From Myxococcota bacterium (GTDB taxonomy: Bacteria > Myxococcota_A > Polyangia > DASYRF01): a DNA stretch of 64,000 bases. Made by a program: the position numbers and the translations under genes. The notes beneath the pieces were generated by a model. It was not told where the DNA came from and ran no database searches. It saw only the letters and a list, made by a program, of their open reading frames with translations. This document shows, in pieces, positions 1-8,550 of this stretch. The stretch is from positions 12,374 to 76,373 of the forward strand of contig DASYRF010000092.1 in assembly GCA_036004705.1 (NCBI GenBank), given 5' to 3'. Every line of letters begins with the position of its first letter. Position 1 is the stretch's first letter.

Positions 1-2
1 GC

Positions 3-593
3 TGCACGTTCGTCATCCACAGCGTGCCGAGCGAGGTCCTGCGCGTGGAGCTGACGTGGGACGCGGACGATGACCTCGACCTGCACCTGGCTCACCTGCC
101 CACGGCGACGCATTGGAACGTAGGCGTGCTCTCCGCGCCGAACGATTGCATGTGGGACAACTGCCGCACCGGTCCGGGTCTGTCGTGGGACGCGACGACC
201 GCCGCCAACGCCCCGCCGGCGCCGACGCCGGACGACGACCCTTCACTCGACATCGACAGCGGCTATCCGGTGCCCGCCCAGGGGCCGGAGAACATCAACG
301 TCGACGGCCCCGACGAGATTGGCTACCGCATCGGCGTCCACTACTACGGGGCGACAGGCGGGGCGACGGACGTGCTCGCCACGGTGCGCGTCTACTGCAA
401 CGGCATCGAGATCTACACCGACATGCAGATGATGAGCTCGACGTCGATGCCGGGATCGATGTTCGGCATGAACGACTTCTGGGTCGTGGGCGACGTGAAC
501 GTCACGATCGACCCCGTGACGTCGCTCTACATGTGCACGGTCGCGCCCATCGACGCAATTCACCCGGCCAGCTGGGCCGACACGAATCTCTGA
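3..593 (+). CDS. 3' part of a secreted-protein gene truncated by the window edge; YfaP/DUF2135-like C-terminal beta-sandwich domain
   Basis: The frame is open back to base 3, and track ORF 24..593 is only the first in-window Met. Codons are GC3-rich. LRVELTWDADDDLDLHL ... SLDIDSGYPVPAQGPENINVDG resembles the YfaP/DUF2135 domain signature. Confidence 0.6.
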   Translation, partial: CTFVIHSVPSEVLRVELTWDADDDLDLHLAHLPTATHWNVGVLSAPNDCMWDNCRTGPGLSWDATTAANAPPAPTPDDDPSLDIDSGYPVPAQGPENINVDGPDEIGYRIGVHYYGATGGATDVLATVRVYCNGIEIYTDMQMMSSTSMPGSMFGMNDFWVVGDVNVTIDPVTSLYMCTVAPIDAIHPASWADTNL

Positions 594-664
594 GCTCCGG
601 CCGAGCGCCGTGCCGGTGCTCAGGGACCTTCGTAGAGCTATCGGTCAGTATAGTAGTTGAAATA

Positions 665-720
665 GAAAATATAGAATTGTTATTTTCCCGTTGACGACGG
701 GGTGGGCATAGCGTTAAAAC
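665..720 (+). promoter_or_regulatory. AT-rich promoter/operator region of the downstream tetR gene
   Basis: This is the only AT-rich stretch in the first 3 kb. Inverted repeat GAAAATA (665-671) / TATTTTC (681-687) is followed by TTGACG (691-696), an 18-nt spacer and TAAAAC (715-720). The -10 box lies 7 nt before ATG 728 and there is no SD, so the mRNA is possibly leaderless. Confidence 0.4.
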
Positions 721-727
721 AGTAGCC

Positions 728-1372
728 ATGAACAAACTCGCCGATGCCAGCCCCTCGAAGACCACCGGAAACGGAGCCGATCAGCCCGCGCGCGAGGTTC
801 TCCTCAACGTGGCGCTCGATCTGTTCAGCCGCAAAGGATACGCCGACACCTCCGTGCGGGAGATCGTCGGTGGAGCCGGGGTGACGCCGCCGACGCTGTA
901 CTACCATTTCATGAACAAGGAGGGGCTGTACGCGTACCTCGTGTCGGAGTGCTTCCGGAAGTGGCAGGACGCGCTCGTGAAAGGGACCTCCGCGACCGGC
1001 TCGCTCGCGGAGCGGCTCGTGGCGGTCACGAAGGCCCACTTCGAGTTCGTGCGCCACAACGGCCCCGCGGCGCGCTTCCTGTACGGCGCGCTCTACGGCC
1101 CGCGCGAGCAGGCGAGCTTCGTCGACTTCGCCACGCTCATGAAGAAGGCGCTGGAGCCGGTGCGCGGCCTGCTGGAGAGCCCGAGCGGCGGGCTGCGCGG
1201 CCACGACGCCGAGGAGCTGGCGCTGTCCTACACCGGCATGATCAACATGTGGGTGCAGCACTATTTCAACGGCGCGAACGACGCCATCTCGCCCCGCCGC
1301 GCCGAGCAGCTCGTGGAGCTGCTGCTGTCGGGCGCCACCGCGATCGCCGGCGCCGCGCGCAAACGGTCGTAG
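728..1372 (+). CDS. TetR/AcrR family transcriptional regulator
   Basis: N-terminal HTH LLNVALDLFSRKGYADTSVREIVGGAGVTPPTLYYHFMNKEGLY is a classic TetR_N motif. Length is 214 aa. Confidence 0.9.
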   Translation: MNKLADASPSKTTGNGADQPAREVLLNVALDLFSRKGYADTSVREIVGGAGVTPPTLYYHFMNKEGLYAYLVSECFRKWQDALVKGTSATGSLAERLVAVTKAHFEFVRHNGPAARFLYGALYGPREQASFVDFATLMKKALEPVRGLLESPSGGLRGHDAEELALSYTGMINMWVQHYFNGANDAISPRRAEQLVELLLSGATAIAGAARKRS

Positions 1373-1645
1373 AGACCCGTCCCAAGACATTCGTCGGCTC
1401 ACTCTGGCAAAACCGGCGTTCGCTCAAGCCGGGTCTCGGCCCTGCGCCCCGCGGCCGGAGCGTTGGCACCGGTGGCCAGCGCCGGCGCACCGCGTTGCTG
1501 CACGCCGCGCGCCCCGAGCGTACCTAGCTCCACCGCCACGACGCCGGCGAGGTGCCGCGAGACGCTTGCGCGCTCCCGCGCCACCTGGGCTACAGTTGTC
1601 GGCGGCGAACAACGGCACGGGCGCGCGCCCGGGCGGAGGACGGCC

Positions 1646-2710
1646 ATGGCCAAGAAGACCATCGCGCACATCGTCGGAACCGGCACGGTCGGAGAGCCGC
1701 TGATCGGCCTGGTCTCCGAGCACGCCGCGGCCTTCGGTCTGGACGAGGTCACCTTCCACAAGCGCACGCCGCTGAAACACGAGCGCGCCAAGGTGGAGAG
1801 CCTGGTGCGACGCGGGGCGAAGCTGTGCGTCGACACCGAGACGCGCGCGGAGTTCGAGAAGATGGGCCACCGCCCCATCTACGAGCGCCAGGAAGCGCTG
1901 GAGGCGGCAACGGTCGTCATCGATTGCACGCCGGCCGGCAACGAGAACAAGCGCCTGTACTACGACAAGCTGCGCGGGCCCAAGGGGTTCATCGCCCAAG
2001 GCAGCGAGTTCGGCTTCGGCAAGCCGTACGCACGCGGCATCAACGACGAGGCGCTGCTACGCGACGAGGACCGCTTCGTGCAGGTCGTCAGTTGCAACAC
2101 GCACAACATCGCCGTGCTGGTGAAGACCCTGGCGGCGCGGCCGAACGGCTCGATCGCGCTGCGCGTCGGGCGGTTCGTCTGCATGCGCCGCGCGAACGAC
2201 ATCTCGCAGGACAGGGACTTCGTCCCCGCGCCCGTCGTGGGCAAGCACAAGGACGCGCGCTTCGGCACGCACCACGCGTTCGACGCCTACCATCTCTTCA
2301 AGACGCTCGGGCACGAGCTGAGCCTGTTCTCCAGCGCGGTGAAGGTGCCGACCCAGTACATGCACTCGATGTGGTTCGACATCGAGCTGGAGGACACGAT
2401 CACGCGCGAGCAGGCAGTGGGACGCTTCCGCGAGAACCCGCGCGTCGCGATGACCGAGCGCACGAGCGCCAACCAGATCTTCTCGTTCGGGCGCGACCAC
2501 GGGTACTACGGGCGCATCTTGTCGCAGACGGTGATCGCCGAGCCCACCATCACGGTGCGCGACGAGCGCGAGGTAGTGGGCTTCTGCTTCACGCCGCAGG
2601 ACGGCAACCCGCTGCTGTCGACGATCGCGGCGATGTTGTGGTTCTTGCACCCCGAAGGGTTCCAGGAGCGGATCGACGTGCTGATGCCGTACGTCTTCCG
2701 CGAAGTCTGA
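1646..2710 (+). CDS. Archaeal-type (type II) glyceraldehyde-3-phosphate dehydrogenase homolog / NAD(P)-dependent oxidoreductase
   Basis: ATG 1646 is preceded by GGAGGA (1635-1640). The track ORF start at 1463 adds an Arg/Ala-rich leader. Blocks GTGTVGE, VVIDCTPAGNENK, QVVSCNTHNIAVLVKTL (catalytic Cys context SCNT), THHAFD and VPTQYMHS parallel archaeal GAPDH. Confidence 0.75.
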   Translation: MAKKTIAHIVGTGTVGEPLIGLVSEHAAAFGLDEVTFHKRTPLKHERAKVESLVRRGAKLCVDTETRAEFEKMGHRPIYERQEALEAATVVIDCTPAGNENKRLYYDKLRGPKGFIAQGSEFGFGKPYARGINDEALLRDEDRFVQVVSCNTHNIAVLVKTLAARPNGSIALRVGRFVCMRRANDISQDRDFVPAPVVGKHKDARFGTHHAFDAYHLFKTLGHELSLFSSAVKVPTQYMHSMWFDIELEDTITREQAVGRFRENPRVAMTERTSANQIFSFGRDHGYYGRILSQTVIAEPTITVRDEREVVGFCFTPQDGNPLLSTIAAMLWFLHPEGFQERIDVLMPYVFREV

Positions 2711-2773
2711 TCGGCATCGCGGCCCCGCGCGGCGGGACGCGACGCGACGAGACGCGACGCGACGGCGGCGCGG

Positions 2774-3226
2774 CTAGGCGCCCTTCACGGCGGCGAGGAT
2801 GTCGGCCGTCGAGGGGACGTTGGGGATGCCGTGGTCGACGGCGCTCACGACCTTGCCGTCCTTGCCGATAACGACCGTCACGCGCTTGTCGAGGCCCTTC
2901 GACTCGTCGTAGACGCCGTACTTCGCGCCGACGGCACCTTTGGGGTGGAAGTCGGCGAGCAACGGATAAGTGATGCCGAGCTTGGCGGCGAAGGCCTTGT
3001 GCGCCCAGCGGCTGTCGACGCTGATCCCGAGCACCACCGCGTCGGCGGCGTTGAACTGGGCGAGGTCGTTCACGAAGCAGGTGTGCTCGTTGGTGCACAC
3101 GGGGCTGAAGTCGAGCGGGTAGAACGCCAGCACCACGTTCTTGCCCTTGTACTTGGCGAGGCTGTACTGCGCGTCGTCGTTGCCCTGCAGCTCGAAGTCC
3201 GGCGCGACGTCACCCTTCTGAATCAT
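2774..3226 (-). CDS. AhpE/Bcp-type peroxiredoxin (thiol peroxidase)
   Basis: The true start is MIQKGDVAPDF at 3226, with AGGAGAGG upstream. FYPLDFSPVCTNE contains the peroxidatic Cys, and LLADFHPKGAVGAKYGV is close to mycobacterial AhpE-type Prx. The upstream 65 aa of the track ORF are Arg/Ala junk. Confidence 0.9.
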   Translation of the reverse strand: MIQKGDVAPDFELQGNDDAQYSLAKYKGKNVVLAFYPLDFSPVCTNEHTCFVNDLAQFNAADAVVLGISVDSRWAHKAFAAKLGITYPLLADFHPKGAVGAKYGVYDESKGLDKRVTVVIGKDGKVVSAVDHGIPNVPSTADILAAVKGA

Positions 3227-3345
3227 GGGCCCTCTCCTGGGTACGGCCGCGACAGCCGCGGCGGCGGGCGGGAATGTAGTCAGCGAGAGGGCGGGGGTCA
3301 AGGGGCCGCTTGACGCCGCCCCGGCGAGGCGAGTAATGCGCCGCG

Positions 3346-4068
3346 GTGCCCCGCCCCCCTCGCCAGCCGACCTCGCCGCGGCGCCGTGCCTCCGCGCGGC
3401 CGAGGCCGGAGACCGCCGCACCGAAGCCGCCGCCGAGCGACCTGCTCGGGGAACAGGTCTTCAAGCTCGAGGCGGCCATGCGCGAGCGGGACGCACGCCT
3501 GCTGCAGGCCATCGAGGACTTGCGACGCTCGATCGACGCGCTGGCCGTGCTGGCCGTCACCGACCCGCTGACCGGGCTCAGCAACCGCCGCCACTTCGAC
3601 GACGGCATCCGGCGCGAGTTCCGCCGCGCCCGCCGCCACCAGCACCCGCTGGCGGTGCTGCTGCTCGACGTGGACCAGCTCAAGGAGATCAACGACACGC
3701 TGGGCCACCCCGCCGGCGACGGCGCGCTGGTGACGGTGGCCGACGCCATCCGCGCGGCCCAGCGGCAGTCCGACTTCGCGGCGCGCTACGGCGGCGACGA
3801 GTTCGCCGTCGCGCTCATCGAGACGGACGTCCCCGGGGCGCTGGCGTGCGCCACGCGGCTGGTCGAGGCGGTGGCCGCGCAGCCCGTGGTCGTGGGCCGC
3901 CGCACCGTGCCGCTGACCGTGTCGGCGGGCGTGGGCGTGCTGGCGTGCGGCGCGGCGGGAGCGGGCGCCATCCAGGTCGACAGCGCGCCTGACCTCGTCG
4001 CTCGCGCCGACGCGGCGCTGCTGCGCGCCAAGAGCGGCGGCAAGAACCGCGTCGTCCTGGCGGGCTGA
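3346..4068 (+). CDS. GGDEF-domain diguanylate cyclase with N-terminal coiled-coil
   Basis: PLTGLSNRRHF, LLLDVDQLKEINDTLGHPAGD, RYGGDEFAV (GGDEF) and LLRAKSGGKNRV are present. The start is uncertain (GTG 3346 or ATG 3478). Confidence 0.85.
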   Translation: MPRPPRQPTSPRRRASARPRPETAAPKPPPSDLLGEQVFKLEAAMRERDARLLQAIEDLRRSIDALAVLAVTDPLTGLSNRRHFDDGIRREFRRARRHQHPLAVLLLDVDQLKEINDTLGHPAGDGALVTVADAIRAAQRQSDFAARYGGDEFAVALIETDVPGALACATRLVEAVAAQPVVVGRRTVPLTVSAGVGVLACGAAGAGAIQVDSAPDLVARADAALLRAKSGGKNRVVLAG

Positions 4069-4069
4069 G

Positions 4070-4858
4070 GTGACGGCGGGCGGCGCGAGCCTCGGCGCCC
4101 GCGCGGCGCGGCCCTTCGCGAGCCTGCTCTCCTTCGCCACGCTCACCGTGCTGGCGCTGCAGGCGGCGGTGCGCCGCCGCGACGAGGGCGCGCGGGTGGT
4201 GCGCGATCAGGTCGCCAAGCAGATCGTCTTCACGGGCTTCGACGCCGTGCCGCTGGTGATGGTGCTGGGCGCGCTGCTGGGCATGGCGTTCGTGTTCACG
4301 TCGGTGACGCTCCTGCCCGGCATCGGCGGCGAGCAGCTCATCGGCAAGGTGCTGGCCATCAGCCTTGTGCGCGAGCTCGGGCCCATCGTGACGGCCGTGG
4401 TGGTCATCGTGCGCAGCGCCACCGCCGTCACGACCGAGCTCGGCTACATGAGCGCGCAGGGCGAGGTCGAAGCGCTGGAGCTCCTCGGCGTGGACCCGGC
4501 CAAATTCCTGCTCTGGCCGCGCTTCGCCGGCATCACCTCGGCGGTCGTCGGGCTCACCGTGTTCTTCTCCATTGCCGCCTTCGGCGCCGGCTTCGGCGCC
4601 GCCGTGGTGCTGAACGCCGCGCCGTCGGTGAGCTACCTCGTGGGCAACCTCACGTCGAACCTCACGCCCGCCGACCTCGTGGTCGGCTTCGGCAAGGCGC
4701 TCGCGAACGGCGTGATCGTCTCGGCCATCGCCTGCTACCACGGGCTGTCGGTGGGCCGGGACGTCACGCAGATCCCGCCGCGCGTGACGCGCGCCGTGGT
4801 GGGCGGCCTCCTCTATTGCGCCGGCACGAGCGTGCTGATTAGCATCGTCAGCCTGTGA
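4070..4858 (+). CDS. mlaE: MlaE/YrbE-family ABC transporter permease
   Basis: LVRELGPIVTAVVVIVRSATAVTTELGYMSAQGEVEALELLGVDP is the MlaE signature, and the protein has multiple TM segments. A GTGA overlap joins it to the next gene. Confidence 0.85.
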   Translation: MTAGGASLGARAARPFASLLSFATLTVLALQAAVRRRDEGARVVRDQVAKQIVFTGFDAVPLVMVLGALLGMAFVFTSVTLLPGIGGEQLIGKVLAISLVRELGPIVTAVVVIVRSATAVTTELGYMSAQGEVEALELLGVDPAKFLLWPRFAGITSAVVGLTVFFSIAAFGAGFGAAVVLNAAPSVSYLVGNLTSNLTPADLVVGFGKALANGVIVSAIACYHGLSVGRDVTQIPPRVTRAVVGGLLYCAGTSVLISIVSL

Positions 4859-5670
4859 GCCAAGCCGCCGTACAGATCGCCGGGCTGTGGCTCCGGCGCG
4901 ACGCACAGACCCTCGAAGACGTGTCGATGCGCGTCGACTGGGGCGAGTCCGTGGCGCTGCTGGGCGACGACCAGGAGTCGCTGTCGCTGCTGCTCCGCGC
5001 TTGCGCCGGGCTGGAAGTGCCGGACCGCGGCACCATCCATGTCGCCGGCGTAGACGTCACGTCCGCGTCGCGCCGGGCGCTGCTGGAGCTGCGCGCGCAA
5101 GCGGGCTACGTGTCGGGCGAGGGGGCGGCGTTCTCCAACATGTCGCTCCTGGCGAACGTGGCCTTGCCGTTGCGCTACCACACCGACGAGCCGGAGGCTG
5201 AGATCGAGCGGCGCGCGCTGGCGCTGCTGGCGGAGGTCGGGCTCGCCGAGGAGGCACACGAGCGCGCCGCGGCCGTGCCGCCGGCGCTGCGCAAGCGCGC
5301 CGCCTACGCACGTGCCCTGGCGCGCGACCCGCGTATCCTCATCGTCGAGGATCCGAGCGCGCTGCTCGATCCCGAAGGGCGCGCCGCGCTGGAAACGCTG
5401 CACGCGCGCCTGCGCGCCGACGGCGTGACGGTGCTGCTGGCCGACGACGACGTCGACTTCTGCGCGCGGCTGGCGCGCCGCGCGGTGGTGCTGCAAGGCG
5501 GGCGCATCGGCTGGGACGGTCCGATCGAGGCGCTGCCGCCGGCGGTGCGCATGATGTGGCGCGCTTCGGGGGTCGCCGGGACCGGCGCGAGCGCGAGCGC
5601 GAACGCGAGCGCCGGCGCCGCCGGCGCCGCCGCGCCCGGCGCCGCCGCGGACCGGACGGCAGGGCGCTGA
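4855..5670 (+). CDS. MlaF-like ABC ATPase paralog with degenerate nucleotide-binding motifs (probable pseudo-ATPase)
   Basis: Overall ABC-ATPase layout and operon position match MlaF. Walker A reads GDDQESLS (no GK[ST]), the signature reads VPPALRKR (not LSGG), Walker B reads ILIVEDP (not DE), and the H-loop reads LLADDD. Confidence 0.75.
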   Translation: MSQAAVQIAGLWLRRDAQTLEDVSMRVDWGESVALLGDDQESLSLLLRACAGLEVPDRGTIHVAGVDVTSASRRALLELRAQAGYVSGEGAAFSNMSLLANVALPLRYHTDEPEAEIERRALALLAEVGLAEEAHERAAAVPPALRKRAAYARALARDPRILIVEDPSALLDPEGRAALETLHARLRADGVTVLLADDDVDFCARLARRAVVLQGGRIGWDGPIEALPPAVRMMWRASGVAGTGASASANASAGAAGAAAPGAAADRTAGR

Positions 5671-6689
5671 TGGCGATTCCCTTCCGGCTGCGGCGCGCCG
5701 AGTGGGTCGCCGGTGCGTTCCTGGTGGCGACGGTGGCCGTCGCGCTGGGGGCGTTCTTCGTCGTCCTTCGCGCGCAGGGCTACTTCGAGCGCCGCTACGA
5801 TTACTATGTCGAGTTCAAGGAGGGGCACGGCATCTCGCCGGGCGGCAACGTGTCCATCGCCGGCATCGTCGCCGGTCAGGTGGAGGAGGTTGCGCTCACG
5901 CCGGAGAACCGCGTGCTGGTGCGCTTCAACGTGCGCGCCCGCTACAGCGACCGGCTGCGCGCCGACTCGGTGGTCGAGGTCGACAGCCCCGTGGGGCTGT
6001 CGGGCGTGCTCGGCGGCAAGGGCATCGTCGTGCAGATCGGCTCGGCGGACGCCGCGCGGCTCGCGCCTGGGGCCCGGCTGAAGGGCGTCGACCCCGAGTC
6101 CATCATGGACCTCATCGCGCGCGTCACCGGCGGGCGCACCGCCGAGGACCTCGAGGCCATCGTCCACAACGTGCGCACGCTCAGCGACTCGCTCGCGGCG
6201 CCCGAAGGGCCGGTCAACCGCCTGCTCGCCGACGCCAGCGACGTCGTCGGCAGCCTGAACCGCGGCGAGGGGTCGGTCGGCAAGCTGCTGCACGACGACG
6301 GCAAGCTCTACGACCGAATGGAGGACGTGGCGACCAACGCCGCGGCGGCATCGGCGCGGCTGGAGCCGCTGCTGGGGCGCGTCGAGGGCGCGGTCAAGAG
6401 CCTGGAGAAGGCGATGGCGCGCGTCGACGCCGCCACCGCGCCGCTCCCGGAGGCCACCGCGGCGCTGCCGGGCATCGCCGCCGACCTGAAGGCGCTGACG
6501 GCGGAGCTGGGTGGCATCGCCGGCGACCTGCACGAAGCGACGCCGATGGTGAAGGAGCTCCTGGGCGAGACCGACCGCGTGCTCGCCGACCTCAGCGACG
6601 TCATCGCCTCGGCGAAACGCTTCTACCTCATCCGTATCAACCTCGACGACGTCCCCGACGGCCCGGTGGCCGACGCGCCGGGGCGCTGA
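5670..6689 (+). CDS. mlaD: MCE/MlaD-family substrate-binding protein
   Basis: ATG 5670 shares one base with the upstream TGA. An N-terminal TM segment (WVAGAFLVATVAVALGAFFVVL) precedes MCE domain YYVEFKEGHGISPGGNVSIAGIVAGQVEEV, followed by a long helical C-terminus. Confidence 0.85.
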   Translation: MAIPFRLRRAEWVAGAFLVATVAVALGAFFVVLRAQGYFERRYDYYVEFKEGHGISPGGNVSIAGIVAGQVEEVALTPENRVLVRFNVRARYSDRLRADSVVEVDSPVGLSGVLGGKGIVVQIGSADAARLAPGARLKGVDPESIMDLIARVTGGRTAEDLEAIVHNVRTLSDSLAAPEGPVNRLLADASDVVGSLNRGEGSVGKLLHDDGKLYDRMEDVATNAAAASARLEPLLGRVEGAVKSLEKAMARVDAATAPLPEATAALPGIAADLKALTAELGGIAGDLHEATPMVKELLGETDRVLADLSDVIASAKRFYLIRINLDDVPDGPVADAPGR

Positions 6690-6690
6690 C

Positions 6691-7707
6691 GTGACGCCGC
6701 GGCGGGCGCGGGCGCAAACGCCGGCGCGGCTGGCGGCGCTGGTGGGAGCGGCCGGCACGGTGGGCGCGGCGCTCGCGGTCGGAAGCGGGGCCTGCGGTCA
6801 CGCCCCCGCCGAGGGGCACGCGTTGCGCGCACACGAGCTGAACATGCAGGGTGTGGCGGCGCTGCGCGCCGGCAACCTGGCGATGGCCGAGACGGCCTTC
6901 GGCAGCGCGCTTCACGAGGCGGAGGCGATCGACGACCGCGCCGCGCGCGTGATGGCGCTCGTGAACCTGGGGCACGTCGACGAGGAGCTGGGCGTTCTGG
7001 GGCGCGCGGTCGGGCGCTACCGCGACGCGGCGGCGCTGGCGCGCGCGCTGGGGGACGTCGCGCTAGAGAGCAGCGCCATCGCCGGCCTTGCGCACGCGCG
7101 CTCGCTGATGGGCGAGCACGACGGCGCGCGCGCGGCGGCGCGCAAGGCGCTGGATCTGGCGGCCGCGACGCGCGCGCGCGCCGCGGTGGCGTCGCGCCGC
7201 GCCGGCCTGGCATTCGTGCTCTGGCGCGCCGGATCCTGCCACGAGGCGGCAGAGGCGCTCGCCGGCGCGACCGACAGAGTGCCGGCCGACGCCGAGGCGG
7301 TGCGCGCGTCGGTGGCCTACGTGGGGGGCCTGGTGGCGCTGGGCCGCGGGCGGCTGGACGAGGCGGCACGCGCGCTGCAGCAGGCGCTGGCGCTCGACCG
7401 CGCGCGCGAGGCGGCGCTCGACACGGGCGACGACCTGCGCGCCCTGGCGCGCGTGGCGCTGGCGCGCGGCGACCGCGCCGCCGCGGCCGACTTCTACGAG
7501 CGCGCGCTGCGGCTGCACGCGGCGCTCGGCGCCTCGCGCCGTACGCTCGTGGATCTGGAGACGCTGGCGCCGCTGCTGCGCGAGGCCGGCCAGGGGGCAC
7601 GCGCCGCCCGCCTGGAGGCGGAAGCGCACGGCCTGCGCGCCGAGATGGCCGCCGAGGCGGCGGGCGTCTGCGAGACCGCGCCGCCGCGCGGTTGCGCAAA
7701 GGAATAA
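6691..7707 (+). CDS. TPR-like repeat lipoprotein, last gene of the Mla-like operon
   Basis: GTG lies 1 nt after the mlaD stop. The signal peptide has Cys (LAVGSGAC). Ala/Leu-rich helical repeats include GNLAMAETAFGSAL and GDRAAAADFYERAL. Confidence 0.65.
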   Translation: MTPRRARAQTPARLAALVGAAGTVGAALAVGSGACGHAPAEGHALRAHELNMQGVAALRAGNLAMAETAFGSALHEAEAIDDRAARVMALVNLGHVDEELGVLGRAVGRYRDAAALARALGDVALESSAIAGLAHARSLMGEHDGARAAARKALDLAAATRARAAVASRRAGLAFVLWRAGSCHEAAEALAGATDRVPADAEAVRASVAYVGGLVALGRGRLDEAARALQQALALDRAREAALDTGDDLRALARVALARGDRAAAADFYERALRLHAALGASRRTLVDLETLAPLLREAGQGARAARLEAEAHGLRAEMAAEAAGVCETAPPRGCAKE

Positions 7708-7788
7708 CGCCTCGAAATTAAGGGCCTTTTGGCGCGCCCAAGGGCGGACGCGCAAAGACCGCTGGCCGGAATGGCGATCCGGCATTAG

Positions 7789-8550
7789 ATGTTGAATGGG
7801 CGCTCCCGGAGGTTCATGCCCGCGACCGAGTCGACCAGCCAGGAAGTTCGCGACAATTGCGTCGACCATCTCGACGCGCTTTACGCGTCCGCGCTACGCC
7901 TGACCAACAGCCCGGTCGAGGCCTCCGATCTGGTGCAAGACACGTACATCAAGGTGCTGCGCTTCTCCGAGAAGTTCCGTCCGGGGACGAACCTGCGCGC
8001 CTGGATGATGAAAATCCTCGTCAACACGTTCATCAACAAGTACCGCCGCAAGACGAAGGAACGGCGCGCGGCGGAGGAATTCGTCGACGAGCCGGTGTAC
8101 GAGAACTTCTATGCGCGCGACGAGCAGCGCCGCGTGACGGACCCGGAGGGCGCCATCTTCGGACGCCTGGTGCGCGCCGACATCCTGCGCGCGCTGGAGT
8201 CGATGCAGCCGGAGTTCCGCGCCACGGTCGTCCTCGCCGACGTCGAGGAGCTCAGCTACCGCGAGATCGCCGAGGCGATGAGCTGCCCGGTCGGGACCGT
8301 GATGTCGCGCCTGTTCCGCGCGCGGCGGCTGCTGCGCGGGTTGCTGCACGACCAGGCCTCCGAGGCAGGCATCGGCGAGGAGGCGGCCGCCCCGGCCGCC
8401 ATGGCCGGGGCGCAGGGGCGCGACGGCGCGGCCGACGGTGCTGCCCCGGACGGCCCCACGATCGACCTGGCGCACTACCGCCGCCGCCGCGCGGCGGGCG
8501 CGTCGGGTGGCACGGGCGGCGCGGCGGGTGACGGCGGAGCGACCCGATGA
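7789..8550 (+). CDS. ECF (sigma-70 family, group 4) RNA polymerase sigma factor
   Basis: Region 2 is DLVQDTYIKVLRFSEKFRPGTNLRAWMMKILVNTFINKYRR. Region 4 is LSYREIAEAMSCPVGTVMSRLFRARRLL. It carries an Ala/Gly-rich C-terminal tail. Confidence 0.9.
   Translation: MLNGRSRRFMPATESTSQEVRDNCVDHLDALYASALRLTNSPVEASDLVQDTYIKVLRFSEKFRPGTNLRAWMMKILVNTFINKYRRKTKERRAAEEFVDEPVYENFYARDEQRRVTDPEGAIFGRLVRADILRALESMQPEFRATVVLADVEELSYREIAEAMSCPVGTVMSRLFRARRLLRGLLHDQASEAGIGEEAAAPAAMAGAQGRDGAADGAAPDGPTIDLAHYRRRRAAGASGGTGGAAGDGGATR

Noticed and set aside
2725-2765. GACGC/GACGCGAC short tandem repeats in the GAPDH/peroxiredoxin convergent spacer.
   Set aside because: This is a simple low-complexity repeat of a few units. 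It contains no stop codon and has no structure I can support beyond noting it.
7708-7788. An ECF-type autoregulatory promoter (GGAAC-N16/17-CGTC) upstream of the first ECF sigma gene.
   Set aside because: Only a GGAAT is present (about 7769-7773), with no matching -10 CGT element at the right spacing. I could not support a call.
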